A DNA stretch of 64,000 nt, from positions 12,982 to 76,981 of the IMG/VR virus record IMGVR_UViG_3300009081_000012; one strand, given 5' to 3'. The translations under genes were made by a program, and so were the position numbers. Positions 57,966-64,000 of the stretch are shown piece after piece (within the stretch, counting starts at the first letter, position 1; every line of letters starts with the position of its first letter). The notes beneath the pieces are model-generated. The model saw nothing but the letters and a program-made list of their open reading frames with translations. It did no database searches and had not been told where the DNA came from. This stretch comes from a virus.

Positions 57966-59035
57966 ATGGATCTTAATGAAATGCAAGCGCTGTTTAAAGA
58001 AACAGCTAATATTCACACACCTGAAGGACTAGCGGCTTATCGTGCTTTTGCTGCCGCGTTGACAGCTCCAATTTTGCAGAAAATAGAACTGGAATCAATT
58101 ATGAGACAGTTGTTTACTGTTGAGCGTTTGGCGCCCGGTGCACAGGCTGTTTATCCAGTTGCTGAAGATTTTGAGATCCCAGTTTGGGTTTTACCTGGAC
58201 TTGGTTATGTTGCTCAGAATTTTATTGAAGGTATCGGAGAAGAGGTTTACATTCCTACTTTCACTATAGATGCTTCTGCAGATTGGAAGATTTCGTACGC
58301 TAGAGATTCACGTATAGATATTGCACAGAGAGCGGCTGCCCGCGCTGCTAAAGATCTTGCTAATTATGAGGAAGAATGCGGTTGGCGTGTAGTTATGCCT
58401 GCTGTAACATCTTCATTTACTGGTAAAGGTCTTCTTGGCTCTCGTCCTGCACCTATATATGAGATTGTACCAAGCACAACCGGTGCTGGGTACCTTTCTA
58501 AGGAACTTATTAATAAAATGATTGTTGGTTTCAAGAGAATTGGTCGTACACTGACCGATCTTTATGTATCACCTGAAGATGCTGCTGATATCAGAGAGTG
58601 GACAGATACAGATATCGATCCAGTAACCCGAAGAGAAATTTTCCAGGCTTCCGGTATGGGATCTGTTTGGAATGTAAAACTTCACGAAATTCAGCATCTT
58701 GGAGCTACAGGTCTTTATAATATCAATGGTTACACATCGTCTTATGGAAAATTCATTGCTGATAGTGGAACAACTATAATGCATATTCCATTGACAATCC
58801 TAATCTTACCAATGCTGATGGTACTGTTGGTACACTTGGTGAAACCCAGGTTCTAGGATTTGATATGACAGACACAAGCTCTCTCGTGATGCCTATTCGT
58901 AAAGAATATGAAGCACACGATGATCCTACTCTACTTCGTGTTCAGAAACAGGGATTTTTTGGCTGGGCTGAACTAGGTTTTGGTTGTCTTGATAGTAGAA
59001 TGTTAGGAATGGGTGTTATTGATCGTTCTCTATAA
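57966..59035 (+). CDS. Major capsid protein (HK97 fold) with a 1-nt frameshift at ~58767-58771
   Basis: ATG 57966 after AGGAGG; the -1 frame from ~58769 reads NNYNAYSIDNP...MPIRK...GFFGWAELGFGCLDSR to TAA 59035 (~356 aa restored), then a terminator. Confidence 0.85.
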
Positions 59036-59047
59036 GAATTAACTAAT

Positions 59048-59095
59048 GGTATCTTACATTCCTTTTATGTCTGGAATGTAAGATACCTAGTTTTT
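59048..59095 (+). terminator. Intrinsic terminator after the capsid gene
   Basis: 15-bp inverted repeat GGTATCTTACATTCC/GGAATGTAAGATACC plus TTTTT. Confidence 0.85.
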
Positions 59096-59120
59096 AATTT
59101 AAAAAATTGGATATTGTTTA

Positions 59121-59465
59121 ATGTTTTTTAATAATCTAACTTGTATAATTATAGCGGTGGTAATTACAGAAGCTATAACAGAAATAGTGGTAAAGTCTGA
59201 ATTATTCATCCCGCTAAAAGCGAAAATGTTTGAACTTGGTAGGAATAATAGATTTTTTGAACGAGTCCATTATTTGCTTGATTGTGGTTATTGTTTTTCT
59301 GTCTGGGCAGGTATGCTTATGTCCATATTACTGTTAAACAATATAAATCTTGTTAACAAATATGTAGACTGGTTTTTGTTAGGTATTCTGGTACATAGAT
59401 TAGCAAATTTATTTCACAACATAATGGATAGAGTTCACAATATAGATAACGTTGGTAAAGGATAA
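59121..59465 (+). CDS. DUF1360-like membrane protein
   Basis: S..F.PL, LL.C.YC.SVW. Confidence 0.7.
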   Translation: MFFNNLTCIIIAVVITEAITEIVVKSELFIPLKAKMFELGRNNRFFERVHYLLDCGYCFSVWAGMLMSILLLNNINLVNKYVDWFLLGILVHRLANLFHNIMDRVHNIDNVGKG

Positions 59466-59505
59466 GGTACGTTTAAATAAAAGAAAATGACAAGGAGAAT
59501 ATAAT

Positions 59506-60009
59506 ATGAACGGCTATGTAATAAATATTAGTAAAACCTGGATGAACGCTATGAAACGAGCTGTAGGTCCAGGTGCAAAAATTCCTTTAAATGAATTATA
59601 TGAACAGTATGGTAAAAAACATAATTTGTCAGAAGGAACTGAATTTGTAGAATGGTTAAAAAATGTTAAACTTAAAGATCATGAAAGATGGAATATTGTA
59701 GTAAATGAACCATTACAAGAAAGTAAAGAATTAAGTAATGTTGTAGATACTAGTTCAGAAGACGCAACAACAAAGACAGAAAGCAGTACAAGTTTAAAAC
59801 CAACCAACGTGGTGCCCATGGTTCAACAAAAGATGAACGTGGCAGATCTGGTCGGATTATCAGTAAGACAGGCTAAGGCTATTTTACCAGACATAAAGGA
59901 TTTAAATCTTCTGAAGTACTCATTACAGGAAGCCAATCAGCTTACAGGAAAGGACAGTCTTTGTATATTAATAAGAAAAAGAATAAAAGAGATTCAAATC
60001 GCGCGATAG
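59506..60009 (+). CDS. Hypothetical protein
   Basis: AAGGAG SD; two domains with a linker. Confidence 0.7.
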   Translation: MNGYVINISKTWMNAMKRAVGPGAKIPLNELYEQYGKKHNLSEGTEFVEWLKNVKLKDHERWNIVVNEPLQESKELSNVVDTSSEDATTKTESSTSLKPTNVVPMVQQKMNVADLVGLSVRQAKAILPDIKDLNLLKYSLQEANQLTGKDSLCILIRKRIKEIQIAR

Positions 60010-60045
60010 ACTGTTTTAAATACTTGAAGTACGGAGGTATAGACA

Positions 60046-61623
60046 ATGTCTAGAAGTTTACTAAGACAACTAGAACAAATCAGGCGGGCAGAAATATACG
60101 ATGATGCTGTTGTAGATTTTAACACGTCTGCTGTAGCTGAACCTGTTATATCCGGTTCTCTAGAAGAAGATATGAACGTAATGCGTTCATTACTTAAGCA
60201 AGTTAAAGGTGGCACCAATTGGTTTGATGATCCTGGTAAATATTTTGATCCATCCAACACAACTAGTGGTGGCGCTGAGACTAAGCAGTTAAATTTAGCC
60301 AACATCAAGAATAACACACTTGATTCTAAAACGGTTTTAATTGCGGCTACTAATGATAATGCAGGTGTTGGTTTTACGGTATCAGGAACATCCACAGGTG
60401 TACTATTAGTTCCTTTTGATACTCGTTATGCTGATCCTGTTAACCGTGTTGGTTTGCCTATTTTCAAGAGTGTTGCAAATGCAGGCACATATTTTGATGA
60501 GGGTGGTACAGATAATGTTTGCCGTGTTGATGTTCTAAACAAAGCCACAGGTGTTGAGATGTCAAAAGTAACTGGTGGCTATACAGTTTATGGTAAATTA
60601 CACGACGCCGCAGATCATAGTGGTACTGGTGAAGGTGTTGATGTATTTATCAAGTTTTACGCTAATGGTGTAGAAACTGATCTGTCTGACATAGATGGTG
60701 GGGCTCCTACTGAAGTAGTTTTTGTACATCCATTCCGTAGAAAAATGTCTGACATGCTTGAGTATGAGTGGATGAGGACAGACTTTGTTAGCTCATGGCA
60801 GGGAGATATCGTTCTTATTGATGATATATCAAATTTGTGGAGTTATACTGGTGCCACAAACGATGCAACTAATCCAAGTCCGTGGACCAACGAAACTGCT
60901 TCTTATATTCTAAGTTCTTCTCCTGATTCGTTAAGAGCAGCTATAGACTTAATTAATACGGAAGTAGGTAGTAGGATATACACAGAGCACAATTATGCTG
61001 ATAGTGGTGACACTATTACAGATGCCATAGATGATTTAGACATGGCTTTGAAAGACGCTAATGATGCTATAGGCGGTCTTGATACACGTTTAGGTACAGC
61101 TGAAGGTGCTATAAGTACTCTTCAGGGCGATGTTAGTACATTACAAGGTGATGTTAGTACATTACAAGGCGAGATGTCGACAGTTCAGGGTGACATATCC
61201 GACATTTATGGTGAACTTAACACTATAAGTGGTACAATGATAGGTGATCTGATTTTCACCAACAATGATTTCTTCAGTGATGGTGATAGCATTACAAACA
61301 TATTTGAAGCTGTAGCTGATGCTTTAACAACTATATCTGGTGCTCTTGATGTGGCTGCTCCTGAAAAATATGTTGAATCTGTTTCTGTAGCCATAGATAA
61401 AAACACAGCACATAATACACCTGCTGCATATACACCAAGTTCAACCGCTAATAGAGAGGGTATGAATATGGATGTTTACGTTGATGGTCAGTTGCTTGCT
61501 GCAGATACTGGAGTTGATGGTGTAAACGCTGATAGAGACTATGCTGAAACTAGCACTACACAGATTACATTTAGATTCAATATTCAGGCAGGAAGAAACA
61601 TTACTTACGTTATTCGTCAATAA
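60046..61623 (+). CDS. Fibre or fibritin-like virion protein with a trimeric coiled coil
   Basis: Heptads ISTLQGD-VSTLQGD-VSTLQGE-MSTVQGD (21-bp DNA repeat at 61129-61169); C-terminal VYVDGQ...DY.E...ITF domain. Confidence 0.7.
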   Translation: MSRSLLRQLEQIRRAEIYDDAVVDFNTSAVAEPVISGSLEEDMNVMRSLLKQVKGGTNWFDDPGKYFDPSNTTSGGAETKQLNLANIKNNTLDSKTVLIAATNDNAGVGFTVSGTSTGVLLVPFDTRYADPVNRVGLPIFKSVANAGTYFDEGGTDNVCRVDVLNKATGVEMSKVTGGYTVYGKLHDAADHSGTGEGVDVFIKFYANGVETDLSDIDGGAPTEVVFVHPFRRKMSDMLEYEWMRTDFVSSWQGDIVLIDDISNLWSYTGATNDATNPSPWTNETASYILSSSPDSLRAAIDLINTEVGSRIYTEHNYADSGDTITDAIDDLDMALKDANDAIGGLDTRLGTAEGAISTLQGDVSTLQGDVSTLQGEMSTVQGDISDIYGELNTISGTMIGDLIFTNNDFFSDGDSITNIFEAVADALTTISGALDVAAPEKYVESVSVAIDKNTAHNTPAAYTPSSTANREGMNMDVYVDGQLLAADTGVDGVNADRDYAETSTTQITFRFNIQAGRNITYVIRQ

Positions 61624-61649
61624 TAAGTAATATTTTTATTATAAATAAC

Positions 61650-61678
61650 TTGAGGGCCGGAATTTTTCCGGCCCTTAA
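61650..61678. terminator. GC-rich hairpin terminator
   Basis: TTGAGGGCCGGAA-TTT-TTCCGGCCCTTAA. Confidence 0.7.
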
Positions 61679-61712
61679 ATTAATAAATTAAAAGGAAAAG
61701 GAGATATAAATA

Positions 61713-62060
61713 ATGAGTGCATTAGAATTAAACGAAAGAGAAGAAAGAAATAATTTGAGAAGTGTTGTAATGAAAGCAGAAAGCAACAAATTAATATCAA
61801 AAGATGAAGTTAATTTAGTTGTTATGTTAGTTGAAAGATTTAGAACAGAAGCCGAGAAGAAGATGAGACAATTATATACACTTCAAGGTGAAGTTGCTCA
61901 ATTAAGAACAAATGAACAGGTTGTAATTAATTTGATAGAAAATATTATAGCTGCTGCAGAGAGAGATGTTGCGCGACAGGAAACTTTTTCCCAGATTAAA
62001 GAGACAAGGGAAGCAATAGCATCGAATAAGGAAGCAACACCTACTGAACAGACTAATTAG
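61713..62060 (+). CDS. Coiled-coil hypothetical protein
   Basis: AAGGAG SD. Confidence 0.7.
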   Translation: MSALELNEREERNNLRSVVMKAESNKLISKDEVNLVVMLVERFRTEAEKKMRQLYTLQGEVAQLRTNEQVVINLIENIIAAAERDVARQETFSQIKETREAIASNKEATPTEQTN

Positions 62061-62221
62061 TATCGATAAATGGATGAGAACATTATAGATTAAATACAAA
62101 CATAAAAGGATTTAATTAACATGGTTGAGACACCATCTCGAATTATAACTGTAATCAGTTGTCCTGCTGATAAAAGGTATAAATGCGTGGTGTTTCAGCC
62201 ATTTTTTTTGTTATAGGATAG

Positions 62222-62488
62222 TTGAGTATGATAATATTAAGAAAACTAAGTAAGGGTGCTACAAATATAGTTCTATCTGGTGTATTGATAGGTGCTACAA
62301 ACGCCTCTAACAAAGTATTTAATACAGAATATAATTATAAACCTGGTAAAATAACAGTTAATTACAACGGTCAGGAATTAGTAAGCCAAGAAGATTTTTA
62401 TGAAACTGGCACTAATGAAATAACACTTATTTATATAGCACCACTTGAAATAGATGTATTAAATGCAACATATGAGAGAGAGGCATAA
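62222..62488 (+). CDS. Small virion protein sharing the V..NGQ...DF.E...IT domain with 60046
   Basis: Motif similarity to the 60046 C-terminus. Confidence 0.6.
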   Translation: MSMIILRKLSKGATNIVLSGVLIGATNASNKVFNTEYNYKPGKITVNYNGQELVSQEDFYETGTNEITLIYIAPLEIDVLNATYEREA

Positions 62489-62493
62489 AGCAA

Positions 62494-62838
62494 ATGGGTA
62501 GAAGCGTTCTTAGAGAAGAGCAGGTATTAGATACCGAATTTGTATCTCCAGAAGAGCACGAAGCTTTACACGATTATGATAAATATATAGAAATAATAAG
62601 AGAAGGTAATAAAGTAGTTGCTATCAATGAATGGAGAGATTCCACAAAAACATTTATGATTTCATCTACAGCAATTGAACGAACAGGTGCTAAAGTGTCT
62701 AAAACAATAAAAACAATTTATGATTATTACGATGGTGTTTCTGTGGTAGCTACCGTAACTGGAACTATATACAGACAAGAAGGCAATAGCGTATCGAGTA
62801 TAGAATTTATACGAGATGTAGATATGGAGGGTATTTAA
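62494..62838 (+). CDS. Putative virion protein
   Basis: Beta-rich, in a structural operon. Confidence 0.6.
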   Translation: MGRSVLREEQVLDTEFVSPEEHEALHDYDKYIEIIREGNKVVAINEWRDSTKTFMISSTAIERTGAKVSKTIKTIYDYYDGVSVVATVTGTIYRQEGNSVSSIEFIRDVDMEGI

Positions 62839-62840
62839 CA

Positions 62841-64000
62841 ATGTTCAATATAGTGGAAGGTGAAATACAATTAGTTGATAAAAATGGTGTTTCTCTTGCA
62901 ACAGTTAGTGGGGCTAACGGACCTATGTTGGAAGTATCTTCTGCTATATCTGTGGATGCTACAATTTCGGGTATAGAAGGAGAAGTTAAAGTACGGGAAC
63001 AGAATTTAGACATCGATGGTTATATAAGAAATTCAGCACACAATTATGGTCAGTATGAAGGAACATGGACTCCGTTTGCTGTAGATTCAGAGGGGCGCCA
63101 AAGATTAGTTATTGATACAGCAGTAACTCCTCACGCTATAAATGGAACACAACATACAGGTATATTGGATGATTTTCAAATTCCTTCTAATATAACAAGA
63201 GACGAAGAATTAAATACAGTTTCTGGATCGTTACAAGAACAAATAGATAACATGTCTGTTGGAATAGTAGCGCACTCTAGTTTAACAAATTTAGATTATG
63301 CTTCATCTGGGCATACTGGTTTTCAGCCTGCTGGTAGTTATGCCACTACAGAAGATTTAGCTACTACAAGTGGAGCATTGCAGGATCAGATAGATAGTTT
63401 TTCTGGTATGGAAGATCATGGTAATGAATGGCATAATGTAGATTTTATAACAGATGTTGAATTCACAACAGCTTCTGGTGTATTACAAGATCAAATTGAT
63501 GCTATAGTTATTCCAACTGATTTTTATTCGCGCGTGGAAGTTGATACTATTATTTCAACTACTTCTGGCACACTACAAGATGAAATAGATGCTATCCCAG
63601 CAGGTATAACAGCACATTCTGATTTATCTGAATTAGATTACGTTTCTGCTGGCCACACAGGATTTCAACCAGCTGGTGATTATACAACATATGCGGAATT
63701 AACATCTGTATCAGGCGCACTACAAGATCAGATAGACAGTTTTGAAGGAATGGGAATGCATGGAAATGAATGGCATTCTACTGCTTTTACTACAGAAAAT
63801 TATGTTGATAGTGTTTCTGGTACTCTACAAAATCAAATAGATTCTATACCAACACATCATAACAATCTGTATGGATTACAGGGTGGTATTTCAAACGAGT
63901 ACTATCATTTAACTGACGCACAGTACACAAACATATCTGGTGGAAATCCTGTATTTAATTCAATCACTGCCACACACTATGGTGATGGTTCATATTTGAC
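62841..64000 (+). CDS. Repeat-containing fibre protein (runs off window end)
   Basis: Manual translation open to the end; repeats T.SG.LQ.QID (6x), HS.L..LDY.S.GHTGFQPAG (2x), HGNEWH (2x), GLQGG...EYYHLT. Confidence 0.8.
   Translation, partial: MFNIVEGEIQLVDKNGVSLATVSGANGPMLEVSSAISVDATISGIEGEVKVREQNLDIDGYIRNSAHNYGQYEGTWTPFAVDSEGRQRLVIDTAVTPHAINGTQHTGILDDFQIPSNITRDEELNTVSGSLQEQIDNMSVGIVAHSSLTNLDYASSGHTGFQPAGSYATTEDLATTSGALQDQIDSFSGMEDHGNEWHNVDFITDVEFTTASGVLQDQIDAIVIPTDFYSRVEVDTIISTTSGTLQDEIDAIPAGITAHSDLSELDYVSAGHTGFQPAGDYTTYAELTSVSGALQDQIDSFEGMGMHGNEWHSTAFTTENYVDSVSGTLQNQIDSIPTHHNNLYGLQGGISNEYYHLTDAQYTNISGGNPVFNSITATHYGDGSYL

Noticed and set aside
58741-58856. Programmed -1 frameshift generating a capsid extension
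   Set aside because: There is no X XXY YYZ heptamer in the right frame, and the shifted part looks like core capsid rather than an optional extension.
8591-63013. The many 60-160 aa minus-strand ORFs in the plus-strand region
   Set aside because: They lie opposite well-supported genes and have no SD or recognisable motifs.

Overview
A 64-kb AT-rich segment of a large tailed dsDNA bacteriophage, with bacterial SD sequences and sigma70-type promoters. A hemerythrin and a radical SAM enzyme hint at an anaerobic or microaerophilic host. Layout: (1) 1-3.4 kb is a minus-strand string of small early-type genes whose spacers are filled with structured RNAs, including a type III hammerhead ribozyme and a ~170-nt multi-stem RNA I do not recognise. 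(2) 3.4-3.9 kb is a repeat-rich strand-switch region. (3) 3.9-15.6 kb has small accessory and nucleotide-metabolism genes (MazG-like, YopX, nucleotidyltransferase, RyR domain, ThyA, tRNA-Thr). (4) 15.6-26.8 kb is a 14-gene glycosylation cluster with a UDP-6-deoxy-L-HexNAc pathway. (5) 26.8-48 kb has Dam plus a nuclease, an alarmone hydrolase, beta-propeller proteins, hemerythrin, PIN-PhoH, Map, radical SAM, ClpP, a volactin-like actin with a coiled-coil partner, a GH108 endolysin and a dNMP kinase. (6) 48.5-64 kb is the head module (terminase, portal, prohead protease, scaffold, major capsid with a 1-nt frameshift) plus fibre-like proteins. Best candidates for new biology: virion glycosylation with a recurring [T/V]-[V/I/T]-S-G motif as a candidate sequon, a phage-encoded volactin-type actin system, and a ribozyme/structured-RNA-punctuated early operon. 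All family assignments come from motif recognition by eye, with no database searches. Two frameshifts in conserved genes suggest some indel errors in the sequence.
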